A program made the translations under genes and the position numbers. DNA of 64,000 nt, taken from NCBI GenBank assembly GCA_021807125.1, contig JAKAPK010000002.1, positions 14,120-78,119 of the forward strand, read 5' to 3'. Shown here piece by piece: positions 18,714 to 28,432 of this stretch (positions within the stretch are counted from its first letter, which is position 1; each line of letters opens with the position of its first letter). A model generated the notes under the pieces. It worked only from the letters and a program-made list of their open reading frames with translations, did not search any database and had not been told where the DNA came from. Source of the DNA: Nanobdellota archaeon (lineage in GTDB: Archaea; Nanobdellota; Nanobdellia; Parvarchaeales; Parvarchaeaceae).

Positions 18714-19696
18714 GGATTGTCAAGCTCGACAGCAAGAAGGGCATATTAAAGGGCATAATAAAAGCGAACGACGATCTTATAATATTAAGTTATGTTATCG
18801 AAGAAGGAGACCGATTAGTCGCTTTTTCAAGAAGAAAAATAACGCTTGGAAAATCAAGCAAAATAAAAACCATAAAAATTGGCATAGAAGTAGAATCTAT
18901 TAAGCTTTCAGAAGATTCTATTGATATAGGCGGAAAAATATTTTATTCTTCAGAGGAAAGCGTGCCATTGCACAAATATCACACCGTAGACCTGCGCGTA
19001 AAAAAGGGTTTTGTCCTTTATAAGGACAGATTCCTAAACTTTCAACTTGAAATGCTTGATAAAGCAGTACAAAGGTCACCGAAAATATTCATATGCGTAT
19101 ATGAGGAAGGACACGCAATATTCTACGCGATAACCAACTATTCACTAAAAAAAACGTATGAACTTAACCTTTCCGTGCCGGGAAAAAGATTCGAAAATCG
19201 TGGACGTGAAGTTTTCTTCGAAAAGCTTTCACGCTTGCTCACTGAAGAGTATCAAAAAACGAAGTGGACTGCGTTTATAATTGGTGGAAAGGGACTGGAT
19301 AATGAGGCCTTAAAGGAGCGGTTAAAAGAGGTAAATGCAACCTATGACACTGTTTCATATGCAGACACCGGATTAAGGGAGTTGCTTGCAAAAAACGTAA
19401 TAAATAAGGTTGTAAGCAGCACAAAAATAGCGACGCAGCGAAAGTTTATAGAAGATTTTCTCGGACGTATTTCAAGAGGGGATAAAAGCTGTGTTTATGG
19501 AGAAAGAAATATAGAAGACGCTTTGATGAAGAGTGAAGTTGATTCTGCGATAGTAACAAGGGAATTCGCTGTAAGTCATAAAAGTATAATTGAAAGACTT
19601 GACAGGACTGGTGCGGACATTTACTTCTTTGATGAGAAAGATGACTCACTGGATACACTTGACGGGTTCGGCGGACTTATAATAAAATTAAAATAA
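18710..19696 (+). CDS. pelA: Archaeal Pelota (eRF1-family ribosome rescue factor)
   Basis: DDLIILSYVIEEGD, KYHTVD, VPGKR, YG and LDGFGGLI motifs; no GGQ. Confidence 0.88.
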   Translation: MRIVKLDSKKGILKGIIKANDDLIILSYVIEEGDRLVAFSRRKITLGKSSKIKTIKIGIEVESIKLSEDSIDIGGKIFYSSEESVPLHKYHTVDLRVKKGFVLYKDRFLNFQLEMLDKAVQRSPKIFICVYEEGHAIFYAITNYSLKKTYELNLSVPGKRFENRGREVFFEKLSRLLTEEYQKTKWTAFIIGGKGLDNEALKERLKEVNATYDTVSYADTGLRELLAKNVINKVVSSTKIATQRKFIEDFLGRISRGDKSCVYGERNIEDALMKSEVDSAIVTREFAVSHKSIIERLDRTGADIYFFDEKDDSLDTLDGFGGLIIKLK

Positions 19697-19706
19697 TAGC
19701 TGATAC

Positions 19707-21026
19707 TCAAGGCATAAGCCATCTTGGTGTCCTTGGAAAAGGAACTGCATACATTATATGCGGAAGTTTGCATATCCACATAACTAACCTGTCGACTCCG
19801 AGTCCGAAACCTGAATGAGGTATAGATCCGTATCGTCTTAAGTCTATGTACCACTCATAATCCTTTTCGTTCAAGCCTTCTTCCTTAAGTCTAGACAGCA
19901 AAGTTTCCTTATCATCTATCCTCTGACCTGCTCCTATTATTTCGCCATACCCCTCCGGTGCTAATAGATCATTGCAAAGAACATGTGACGGATCAGAAGG
20001 ATCTGGTTTGTGGTAGAAAGCCTTTAAAGATTTGGGATATCGCGTGGCAAACACTGGCACGTCCATCTTCGAAGTTATTACGCGCTCTTCATCCGCTCCT
20101 AAATCAGATGTGTACGTCAATTCAAGCCCGTTCTTTTTTGCTATGTCTATCACTTCCTCATACTTTAGTCTGGGAAAAGGTTTATCTATAGTGTTCTTCA
20201 ACGCAGATACGTCACGGTTCAGTCGTTTTAGGTCATCGTGGTTATTTTCAAGCACTCTTTTTACTATGTGTTTTATTAGTTTCTCCTCTACGTCCATCAA
20301 TTCATCATTGTCGGTGAACGCCATTTCGGCCTCCGCATGCCAGAATTCTGTTAGGTGCCTTCGGGTCTTACTTTTTTCTGCACGAAACGACGGTGCAACC
20401 GTGTATATTCTGAACAGAGAGTTCACTTCTGCTTCTGCATAAAGCTGCCAGCTCTGCGAAAGAAATGCCTTCTTGCCAAAATAGTCCAGTTCAAAAAGAG
20501 TCGATCCTCCCTCAACGCTGCTTCCGACAAAAATAGGGGACTGTATCTCGTAGAAGTGTTCTTTTACGAAAAACTCATGAATGCTCTCGAAGATTGTAGA
20601 TCTTATTTTTAATACAGAGGTCACTTTCTGACCTCTCATCCATAAATGTCTGTTTCTGAATAGATAGACTTTGGACTGCCCTTTCTTTATCGGAAATGGT
20701 TCAGCGAGACCGTATATTTTTATGGACTCTATCTTCAATTCATACCCCCCATCGGCTCTATCATCTTTATTTATTGTTCCGGAAACTTCCAATGAGGATT
20801 CTCTTGTAACCATACTTGCAGTGCTGAATGATTGGTCACCTGCGTGAGAAACGCATTGTATGACTCCTGTTGGATCTCTTAACATTATGAAAACGTTATT
20901 CTTTCCCTTTCTAATATTGTGCACAAAACCTACCAAATTAACTTTGGTTCCTGCAGACTGGTCGCTTTTAACAGTTTTAACGGTGTACTTTTCCAAAGCC
21001 ATAAAATAATATGACTCAACAGACAT
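19707..21026 (-). CDS. asnS: Asparaginyl-tRNA synthetase (likely start 21002)
   Basis: OB fold (LRDPTGVIQCV), FRAEKSKTRRHLTEFWHAEAE, WYIDLRRYGSIPHSGFGLGVDR. Confidence 0.93.
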   Translation of the reverse strand: MSVESYYFMALEKYTVKTVKSDQSAGTKVNLVGFVHNIRKGKNNVFIMLRDPTGVIQCVSHAGDQSFSTASMVTRESSLEVSGTINKDDRADGGYELKIESIKIYGLAEPFPIKKGQSKVYLFRNRHLWMRGQKVTSVLKIRSTIFESIHEFFVKEHFYEIQSPIFVGSSVEGGSTLFELDYFGKKAFLSQSWQLYAEAEVNSLFRIYTVAPSFRAEKSKTRRHLTEFWHAEAEMAFTDNDELMDVEEKLIKHIVKRVLENNHDDLKRLNRDVSALKNTIDKPFPRLKYEEVIDIAKKNGLELTYTSDLGADEERVITSKMDVPVFATRYPKSLKAFYHKPDPSDPSHVLCNDLLAPEGYGEIIGAGQRIDDKETLLSRLKEEGLNEKDYEWYIDLRRYGSIPHSGFGLGVDRLVMWICKLPHIMYAVPFPRTPRWLMP

Positions 21027-21062
21027 AAAAACTTATATTGTGACAAGCGCTCTAGTTCTTTT

Positions 21063-21527
21063 ATGAAAATAGGTACTTTGTGCTACATAAAAAGAAATGG
21101 TAAATCACTAATGATGCATAGGATAAAAAAGCCGGACGACATGCTTGAGGGAAAATGGGTTGGTCTGGGTGGCAAAATGGAAAACGGTGAAAGTCCGGAA
21201 GAGTGCATTATACGGGAGGTCTACGAAGAGAGTGGCCTTAGCATAGAAAACCCCGAACTAAAAGGGATTATAACATTCCCCAAGGACTTCAATACGGAGG
21301 ACTGGTACGTGTTCGTTTTCAGATGCGAAAAATTCTCTGGAAAACTAAAAAATGAATCGCACGAAGGTGTACTGGAATGGATCAGTGACAATGAGTTAGA
21401 ACACAAGGAAATGTTTGAAGGGGATAGGATCTTTCAAAAACTCATAGACAAGAAAGGTCTTTTTTCCGCTAAGTTCGAATATGATCATGGTAAGCTAATC
21501 CGTCACGATATAAAGATTTACGGTTAA
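21063..21527 (+). CDS. Nudix hydrolase, 8-oxo-dGTPase (MutT/MutX-like)
   Basis: Nudix box GGKMENGESPEECIIREVYEESGL; TLCYI N-terminus and EGVLEW. Confidence 0.92.
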   Translation: MKIGTLCYIKRNGKSLMMHRIKKPDDMLEGKWVGLGGKMENGESPEECIIREVYEESGLSIENPELKGIITFPKDFNTEDWYVFVFRCEKFSGKLKNESHEGVLEWISDNELEHKEMFEGDRIFQKLIDKKGLFSAKFEYDHGKLIRHDIKIYG

Positions 21528-21528
21528 T

Positions 21529-22065
21529 TCACGGCTTCGTCTGGGTGCTGAACTTTCCCTTGTATCTGCCTTTTCCTTTCAATTCTTCAAGAACTATCTG
21601 GCATATTCTTGTACCAGGATGCAACGCCAGCGGTGTTGGAGAAAGATTTGCTATCTCCAAAACTATCTTGTTAGAAACTCCGGGCTGCAGAAAACTGCTG
21701 CTTATGTGGGTAAGGAGGCCTATCCTTGCAAATCTTGATCTTCCCTCGACTCTACCGCATATATCATCCGGAAGACTTATCTTCTCGAGGGTTATCCCGT
21801 TCACCAGTTCCCCGGGCATGACTAGCAGAGAGTCTCCTTCCTTCACGTGTATCATGCGCGTTATATTGCTGTAATCCGAACTGTCTGTAACCTGGAATAT
21901 ATCCCTAGTTTTATTAAAGACTCTAAAAAGGTCGCCGAGTCGTAAGTCTACGGATGCTGGGCCTACTTGGGACTCTGTAAATGGAGTTATTCCCAATTTA
22001 CCTTCATTAATAAGACGCTTTATTTCATCACCGCTTAAAACTGACATAATCCTCCTCTTATCCAC
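21529..22065 (-). CDS. dcd: dCTP deaminase (likely start 22047)
   Basis: PASVDLRLG, TLEKI, GRSRFARIGL, IVLEI and RICQI motifs. Confidence 0.93.
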   Translation of the reverse strand: MDKRRIMSVLSGDEIKRLINEGKLGITPFTESQVGPASVDLRLGDLFRVFNKTRDIFQVTDSSDYSNITRMIHVKEGDSLLVMPGELVNGITLEKISLPDDICGRVEGRSRFARIGLLTHISSSFLQPGVSNKIVLEIANLSPTPLALHPGTRICQIVLEELKGKGRYKGKFSTQTKP

Positions 22066-22098
22066 AAAGATGTTATTTGCATAACTTCCCCATGGTAT

Positions 22099-23316
22099 TC
22101 ATAGTTCTTCTATTTTTATTTTCTTTTCCTCCTTCTTAAGCAGGTCCCGCAGCGTTACATCTCCCAATTTAAGATCGCGGTTGCCGACTATTATTGCGTA
22201 TCTTATCTTTTTTGAATTGCAATAGTCCAGGCCCTTTGAAAGGGAATAGTCTCCTAGCAAGATGTCTGATTTAACGTTTTTAGAACGCAGTCTTTGTACA
22301 ATCTTCAGCGCCATCTCGGGATTGTCCACGTTCAGAACACAGTACTGTTCGGTAAATTCATCGTTTTTTGAATTTGACAGTATTATGTCCATAACGCGTT
22401 CAAAACCTATTGAGCAACCGACCATAGGCATTTCGACTTCGAAATTATTGCTTAATCTGTCATATCTTCCGCCGGATGCTATTGTCCCGTAATTAACGCC
22501 GTCCATTATAAATTCGAATATATTGCCGTCATAATACGCAAGTCCGCGCACGAGTGCGTTATCCACCACTGCGTTGTCTATTCCATACTCTTTAAGGTAG
22601 CGCATAAGCTCATCTGTCTCCGATTTACCTTTACCGCCAACTTTATTTGATCCGTCAATGAATTTCTCTATCCCTTCTGCTTTATCTTTCCCGATTAGAG
22701 CAGATATATTCACTAACACCTTCTCTTTACCGACTTTGTCTATTTTATCGAGCTCTCTTAAAACCTGTAAACCAGTATCAAAGGGAACTTCTAAGGAATC
22801 AAGCATATCTTGGAGTATTTTCCTGTTATTTACGTGAATTTTATAGCCTATTATTCCTAAACGTTTTAGCGTAAAGTCGATACATGCTAGTACTTCTGCG
22901 TCATAAGCCACTTCTGAAGAGCCGTAAACGTCTATATCTGCTTGTATGAATTCTCTGTAGCGGCCCTTTGCAGTGTCTTCATACCTCCACACATTTCCTA
23001 TAGAGTAACCTTTGAACGGTTTTGGCAGAGACTTGTTGGTTGAAATGACTCTAAGCTTCGAAATTGTGTGCTCTGGTCTTAGCGCGAGCTTTTCGCCTTT
23101 TTTATCAGAAAAAGAATAAAGCTGTGATTCTATCTCCTGTCCGGATTTACCGGTGAAAAGCGAAAGATACTCAAGGACCGGCGTCTCTACCGGTTCAAAA
23201 CCAAAGATTGAAAATGATTCTTTTATCTTGTCCAATGTCGCTTGTCTTGCGACGGCTTCTTTTCCAAGAAAATCTCTTACTCCTTTTACCCTTTCCGCCA
23301 TTTTGATGTTTATCAT
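22099..23316 (-). CDS. hisS: Histidyl-tRNA synthetase (likely start 23301)
   Basis: KGVRDF, LALRPEHT, WRYE...GRYREFIQAD, LVRGLAYY, GGRYD, IGFER. Confidence 0.96.
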   Translation of the reverse strand: MINIKMAERVKGVRDFLGKEAVARQATLDKIKESFSIFGFEPVETPVLEYLSLFTGKSGQEIESQLYSFSDKKGEKLALRPEHTISKLRVISTNKSLPKPFKGYSIGNVWRYEDTAKGRYREFIQADIDVYGSSEVAYDAEVLACIDFTLKRLGIIGYKIHVNNRKILQDMLDSLEVPFDTGLQVLRELDKIDKVGKEKVLVNISALIGKDKAEGIEKFIDGSNKVGGKGKSETDELMRYLKEYGIDNAVVDNALVRGLAYYDGNIFEFIMDGVNYGTIASGGRYDRLSNNFEVEMPMVGCSIGFERVMDIILSNSKNDEFTEQYCVLNVDNPEMALKIVQRLRSKNVKSDILLGDYSLSKGLDYCNSKKIRYAIIVGNRDLKLGDVTLRDLLKKEEKKIKIEEL

Positions 23317-23351
23317 TTTTTGCTTATAAATTTGAGCTGTTGTGTGCTTAT

Positions 23352-23541
23352 ATGAAAAACGAACTGGGCTGGAGAGAAGCTAAAAGAAGAGTTCAGTGAC
23401 GTCAACTTTGATCACGAAATCTGCTATAACCGGGAAGATAATCAAACAAGAATTTTCGAGAAGCGGGTCGGTCCGTCTGACGAGCTGCCGGTTATAATAT
23501 TCAAATGCCATAAATGCAGTTACTCTTTGACAGTAAGCTGA
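23352..23541 (+). pseudogene. TFS/TFIIS C-terminal Zn-ribbon-like mini-gene with a +1 frameshift in an A5 run just after ATG
   Basis: ATG at 23352 stops after 15 codons; the +1 frame reads KTNWAGEKLKEEFSDVNFDHEICYNREDNQTRIFEKRVGPSDELPVIIFKCHKCSYSLTVS* (stop 23539-23541). Confidence 0.6.
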
Positions 23542-23552
23542 ATTTTAGCTGA

Positions 23553-24581
23553 TTATTTGCTCTTTATATTCTTAGCTATCTCTAGTCCTACCTGTGAACA
23601 TCTTGCCGTGCCACCAAGATCATAAGTAAGTATCTTGCCTTCCTTTAGGACGTTTTCTACAGCTCTTTGAACGCTGTACGCAACGTCTTTGTACCCCATC
23701 CAGTCAAACATCATTTTTGTGGAGAGTATTGTGCCTATCGGGTTGACTTTATCCATGCCCGTATATTTTGGAGCTGAACCGTGTATAGGTTCAAACATAG
23801 CATATTTTTCTCCTATGTTTGCTGAAGGGCCAACACCAACACCTCCAACTACCATAGCTGCCTCGTCAGATATTATATCCCCAAAAAGATTTTCCGTCAC
23901 GATTACGTCATAGTATTCCGGCTGTTTTATCAGCCATTGTGTCATTGCGTCTACATGTGCATCGTCAACGTTTACGTCCGGATATTCTTTTGCCATCTTT
24001 GCGACTACATCCTTGAAAAGACCGTCGGAAGCCTTTAGTATGTTACCTTTGTGTACGTGAGTAAGATGTTTTTTCCTTTTCACTGCAAGTTCAAATGCTG
24101 CCCTAGTTATTCGTTCACATGCTTTTCTTGTTATAAGGCGTATGCCTATCGCTGAATCGTTATTTATTTGAAAGTCTAATCCAGAATACATTCCCTCAGT
24201 ATTTTCGCGTGCGATAACGAGATCTACATCGGGTTTAAGACTTGGCACATTTGGAAGAGTTTTACATGGCCTTATATTCGCGTAAAGATCGAAGGTCTTC
24301 CTTATTTTTACTGCGACGCTCATTTCTGAACCAGGCCCCTCTGGCGTGGTCATCGGCCCTTTTATAACCGCGTCGCTGTTTTTTAGCAGATCCAACGTTT
24401 TGTCCGGCAGGTTAGTTTTATATTTTTCTATACAGTTAAATCCGGCGTCTCCTGTAACAAACTCGACATTAAGTTTAAATTTTTCTTTAACTGCATCTAA
24501 TACGTACATTGTTGCATGCATAATATCCGGTCCGGTTCCATCACCGGGAAGAAATGCAATTTTCCAATTTTTTACAGCCAT
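23553..24581 (-). CDS. icd: Isocitrate/isopropylmalate dehydrogenase family enzyme, probably NADP-dependent isocitrate dehydrogenase
   Basis: PGDGTGP, KGPMTTP, RENTEG, NLFGDIISD, HGSAPKY (KY is NADP-type); directly downstream of aconitase. Confidence 0.8.
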   Translation of the reverse strand: MAVKNWKIAFLPGDGTGPDIMHATMYVLDAVKEKFKLNVEFVTGDAGFNCIEKYKTNLPDKTLDLLKNSDAVIKGPMTTPEGPGSEMSVAVKIRKTFDLYANIRPCKTLPNVPSLKPDVDLVIARENTEGMYSGLDFQINNDSAIGIRLITRKACERITRAAFELAVKRKKHLTHVHKGNILKASDGLFKDVVAKMAKEYPDVNVDDAHVDAMTQWLIKQPEYYDVIVTENLFGDIISDEAAMVVGGVGVGPSANIGEKYAMFEPIHGSAPKYTGMDKVNPIGTILSTKMMFDWMGYKDVAYSVQRAVENVLKEGKILTYDLGGTARCSQVGLEIAKNIKSK

Positions 24582-24584
24582 ATT

Positions 24585-27395
24585 TCATGCACCTATTGAC
24601 TTTATAACATAGTTTAGTATTCCGCCAGATTTATAATATTCAAGTTCCATCTCTGAGTCTATCCTGCTTAGTAGCATGACTTCTGATTTGTTTCCATTAT
24701 CAGATCTAAAATAAGTCATTTTAACGTCCTGTCTTGGCTTTAGAGCGGAAATTGGTTCTATCGATATCGGTTTAGAAACATCAATTTTTAACGTTTCAAA
24801 ACCATCTTCATTTTTAAACTGCAAAGGAAATATACCCATACCTATTAGGTTGCTTCTATGTATTCTTTCAAAGCTTTTGGCTACGACAGCTTTCACTCCT
24901 AAAAGGGCAGGACCTTTTGCTGCCCAATCACGCGAACTTCCGGAGCCATATTCCCTCCCGGCGATTATGATAAGACTTGTGCCTGATTGCTTATATTTCA
25001 TTGCGGCGTCGTATATTGTCATTTTCTCTTTTTGTGGGAAATAGAGTGTGTAGCCCCCCTCTGTTCCTGGAATAATAAAATTTTTAATCCTGTTATTTGC
25101 AAATGTGCCCCTCATCATCACTTCGTGGTTCCCTCTTCTGGAACCGTATGTATTAAAATCCTGTGGTTTTACTCCGTGTTCAATTAAGTATTTACCGGCT
25201 GGACTATCCTCGCCTATTTCACCTGCTGGCGAGATATGGTCTGTAGATATAGAATCACCGAATATTGCAAGAACTGCAGCATTGCTTATGTTAACATCTT
25301 TATCTGCGAGTTCCTTGAAATCATTAAAGAACGGGGGAAGTTTTATGTATGTGCTTTTATTGTTCCATGCATAAGCTTCTCTTTTTGCACTCTCAATAGA
25401 GTTCCAGTATTTATTTACCTTGAAGATATTTTCCCCATATTCTTTATCAAACATGCTTTCAGATAGTACTTTGTTTATGGTAACTTTTACCTCTTCCTGT
25501 GAAGGCCATATGTCTTTTAAGTAAACTTCTTTTCCTTTGTCACTTACGCCAATAGGTTCCTTTGTAATATCTTTAAGAACAGTGCCTGCTATTCCGAATG
25601 CCACCACTAATGGTGGAGACATCAAGTAATTAGCACGTATGTCTCGATGTATCCTTGCTTCGTAATTTCTATTCCCAGATAGCACGCTAGCCACAGACAA
25701 ATTATTTGAATTTATAGCAGCGCTTTGCAGATCTATTAATGGTCCAGAATTGCCTATACATGTTATACACCCAAATGCAGCTAGAGAATAGCCAAGTTTA
25801 GCAAGCGGCTCTAGTAATCCTGCCTTTTCGAGATACTTTATAACAACCCTGGAGCCAGGCCCGAGACTCGTTTTAACTTTTCTAGTATCTATCTTTAGAC
25901 CAGCGTCCAACGCTTTTTTAGCCAAAAGTCCAGCGGCTATCATGACGCTTGGATTGCTTGTGTTTGTACAACTAGTTATCGATGATATAACTACGTCTCC
26001 GTCAGATAATGTGACCTCATACCCGTCAGGGTATTTTATTTTTACACTCTTTTTATCGATATGAGTTGGGGCATCTTTTATTCCACCGTTCTCAGGCGTC
26101 ATACTTTCGGAAGACCAGCGAGTATAATCCTTATCAGTCAGTTTATGACCACCATTATTTGGTTTCTCAGGTAACATGAACGCAGAATTAAAACTTTCTT
26201 GTATTAAGTCAAGTGGCACTTCCTGTTTTGGTTGACTCGGTCCGGAAACACATGGAGCTATCGAGCCGAGATCTACTTCGATTATGTCGGAGAAGTTTAC
26301 TTTAGAATAATCGATATTCAGCATTTCCTGTGCTTTGTAATATTCACGTACCAACTCGATTTGCTCGTCTTTTCTGCCAGTCATTCTTAAGTACTCAAAA
26401 GTTTGCTCATCCACAGGGAAAATCGCTATTGTTGCGCCATATTCAGGACACATATTTGATAGTGTTGCTCTATCTGGTAATGAAAGACTAGTTAGCCCAT
26501 CGCCAAAAAACTCTACGAACATGTTAACAACGCCTTTTTCTCTGAGAAGCCTTGTCAAAGTAAGTGCAAAATCTGTCGCTGTAACTCCGTCGTTTAATTT
26601 GCCTTTTAAGTTAACGCCCAGCACTTTAGGAGTAACAAAGGATACTGGCTGCCCTAATAACGCTGCTTCAGCTTCTATCCCCCCAACTCCAAAGCCAACT
26701 ATCCCAAGTGAGTCCACCATGGTCGTATGCGAGTCTGTTCCGACTAGAGTGTCTGGAAATGCGAGGTAGCCACTTTCGTCTTTCTTCACGGTCACACACG
26801 TCGCGAGAAATTCTAGGTTTACTTGGTGACATATGCCTGCAGAGGGAGGGAATACTCTAAATTCATTCAATGAAATACTCGCCCATTTTAGAAGTTCGTA
26901 TCTTTCTTTGTTCCTTTCGATTTCCCTTTTCTGATTTAATTCAAGTGCTTTTGGATTATTGAAGAAATCTACCTGCACGGAATGGTCTATAATGAGGTCA
27001 ACTGGTATTTCTGGCTGTATCATACTGCCGGATTTACCGGTTTTAGTTATGAAATCGCGCATAGCTGCAAGATCTACAACAGCTGGAACTCCTGTGAAAT
27101 CTTGCATCAAAACACGTGACACTTTAAAGGGGATATCTCTGTCTAGGGGGGTCTTATAATTCCAGTCCGCAAGGCTTAACACGTCTTCTTTCTTTATCAT
27201 TTTTTCATCAACGTTTCTAAGTAATGATTCTAGAACTATCCTTATAGAGAAAGGAAGATTTGAAACGTCCGCTAATCCTCTATCCTTAAGCAGAGGAAGT
27301 GAATAATAAGCAATAGTTTTACCAGACTTGAGTTTAAGATAGCTCAATGTGCTAAATTTATCCTGTAAGGAATTGTTCGCCTGTTTCTTTTTCAT
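24585..27395 (-). CDS. acnA: Aconitate hydratase A
   Basis: MQDFTGVP, HQVNLE, GTDSHT, TSCTNTSNP, GCITCIGNSG, SGNRNYE, YGSGSSRDWAAKG. Confidence 0.97.
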   Translation of the reverse strand: MKKKQANNSLQDKFSTLSYLKLKSGKTIAYYSLPLLKDRGLADVSNLPFSIRIVLESLLRNVDEKMIKKEDVLSLADWNYKTPLDRDIPFKVSRVLMQDFTGVPAVVDLAAMRDFITKTGKSGSMIQPEIPVDLIIDHSVQVDFFNNPKALELNQKREIERNKERYELLKWASISLNEFRVFPPSAGICHQVNLEFLATCVTVKKDESGYLAFPDTLVGTDSHTTMVDSLGIVGFGVGGIEAEAALLGQPVSFVTPKVLGVNLKGKLNDGVTATDFALTLTRLLREKGVVNMFVEFFGDGLTSLSLPDRATLSNMCPEYGATIAIFPVDEQTFEYLRMTGRKDEQIELVREYYKAQEMLNIDYSKVNFSDIIEVDLGSIAPCVSGPSQPKQEVPLDLIQESFNSAFMLPEKPNNGGHKLTDKDYTRWSSESMTPENGGIKDAPTHIDKKSVKIKYPDGYEVTLSDGDVVISSITSCTNTSNPSVMIAAGLLAKKALDAGLKIDTRKVKTSLGPGSRVVIKYLEKAGLLEPLAKLGYSLAAFGCITCIGNSGPLIDLQSAAINSNNLSVASVLSGNRNYEARIHRDIRANYLMSPPLVVAFGIAGTVLKDITKEPIGVSDKGKEVYLKDIWPSQEEVKVTINKVLSESMFDKEYGENIFKVNKYWNSIESAKREAYAWNNKSTYIKLPPFFNDFKELADKDVNISNAAVLAIFGDSISTDHISPAGEIGEDSPAGKYLIEHGVKPQDFNTYGSRRGNHEVMMRGTFANNRIKNFIIPGTEGGYTLYFPQKEKMTIYDAAMKYKQSGTSLIIIAGREYGSGSSRDWAAKGPALLGVKAVVAKSFERIHRSNLIGMGIFPLQFKNEDGFETLKIDVSKPISIEPISALKPRQDVKMTYFRSDNGNKSEVMLLSRIDSEMELEYYKSGGILNYVIKSIGA

Positions 27396-27508
27396 AGTCG
27401 TTAAATAAACGAGTCAATACACAGATTTAAATTTTAAATTTAGATAAAAAACATGAACGAAGCATATTTTAATTTATATCTCGCGTATTAAAACTTAGGA
27501 GTGATTTA

Positions 27509-28432
27509 CTAAACAGAAAGGCTCTCTATAACCTTAGATAAATCTATAGTTGAAGAGCCGTCATCTGCTGCTATCTTTTGAGTTATCGGCGGATTTATGC
27601 CTCGCTTAATAAGTCTGTCTTCAAATGTGTCCGGGTTTTCCCATTGGAAAAACAAACCTGTCGTTAGATTATCCTCATCATCGTTTGCGATGACAGATAA
27701 AGCACTTAATTTCTTTTGCCTAACTTCGTTGGCATCTGATGCATTATGGACTACCCCATCATAACCGTCTGGAAGTTTCTTTGTGTGCTTCATTAACCAC
27801 TGGCCGGATGTGTATTCTGGATTATATGTTGGACAACCCTGCAATACGTCTATAAGAGCAAGACCGTTATGTTTGATGGCTTTTATCATTAAATCAGTCT
27901 GTTCTTTGACGTTGTAGCTGCTCACTCTCGCAACAAAGGTGTATCCAGCTATCAATGCCAATGACATAGGGTCCAAAGCAGAATTTATGTTTGGTTCTGG
28001 TAGTGATTTAATTTTTCTGCCTTCTGGCAAAGTCGGACTGGCCTGTCCTTTTGTAAGCGAATAAACGCCGTTATCGTGAACGAATAATTTTATATTTACA
28101 TTTCTCCTGCCAGCGCTTATAAAATGTCCTACGCCTATACCGTATGTGTCACCGTCGCCACTGTGAATTATCACGTTCAATTCTGGATTGGCTAATTTTA
28201 TACCTTCAGCGAAAGGTATCGCTCTACCGTGAAGCGTATGCACGCCATTTACATTGACAAAGTGGGGCAACTTTGAGGAGCATCCTATTCCTGAAACTAT
28301 CACTGTCTTATGCTGGTCTAGCCCGGCGCCGATTATCGCATTTTTAACAGATAACAATATACTAGTATCTAGGCATCCAGGACACCAGTCATTCTGTTCA
28401 TGTGAATCCAAATCACTAAGGTTAATAGTCAT
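27509..28432 (-). CDS. korB: 2-oxoacid:ferredoxin oxidoreductase beta subunit
   Basis: WCPGC, SGIGCSS, HTLHGRA, GDGD...DNGVYSLTKGQASPT (TPP binding), CPTYN. Confidence 0.93.
   Translation of the reverse strand: MTINLSDLDSHEQNDWCPGCLDTSILLSVKNAIIGAGLDQHKTVIVSGIGCSSKLPHFVNVNGVHTLHGRAIPFAEGIKLANPELNVIIHSGDGDTYGIGVGHFISAGRRNVNIKLFVHDNGVYSLTKGQASPTLPEGRKIKSLPEPNINSALDPMSLALIAGYTFVARVSSYNVKEQTDLMIKAIKHNGLALIDVLQGCPTYNPEYTSGQWLMKHTKKLPDGYDGVVHNASDANEVRQKKLSALSVIANDDEDNLTTGLFFQWENPDTFEDRLIKRGINPPITQKIAADDGSSTIDLSKVIESLSV

Noticed and set aside
18710-19696. Release factor aRF1
   Set aside because: Lacks NIKS and GGQ; the N-terminal Sm-like domain fits Pelota.
26040-26200. Low-complexity insertion in aconitase
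   Set aside because: Lies in a loop that is length-variable among AcnA proteins; no intein motifs.
27425-27445. ATTTAAA-T-TTTAAAT palindrome upstream of acnA
   Set aside because: Most simply a TATA element in AT-rich DNA.
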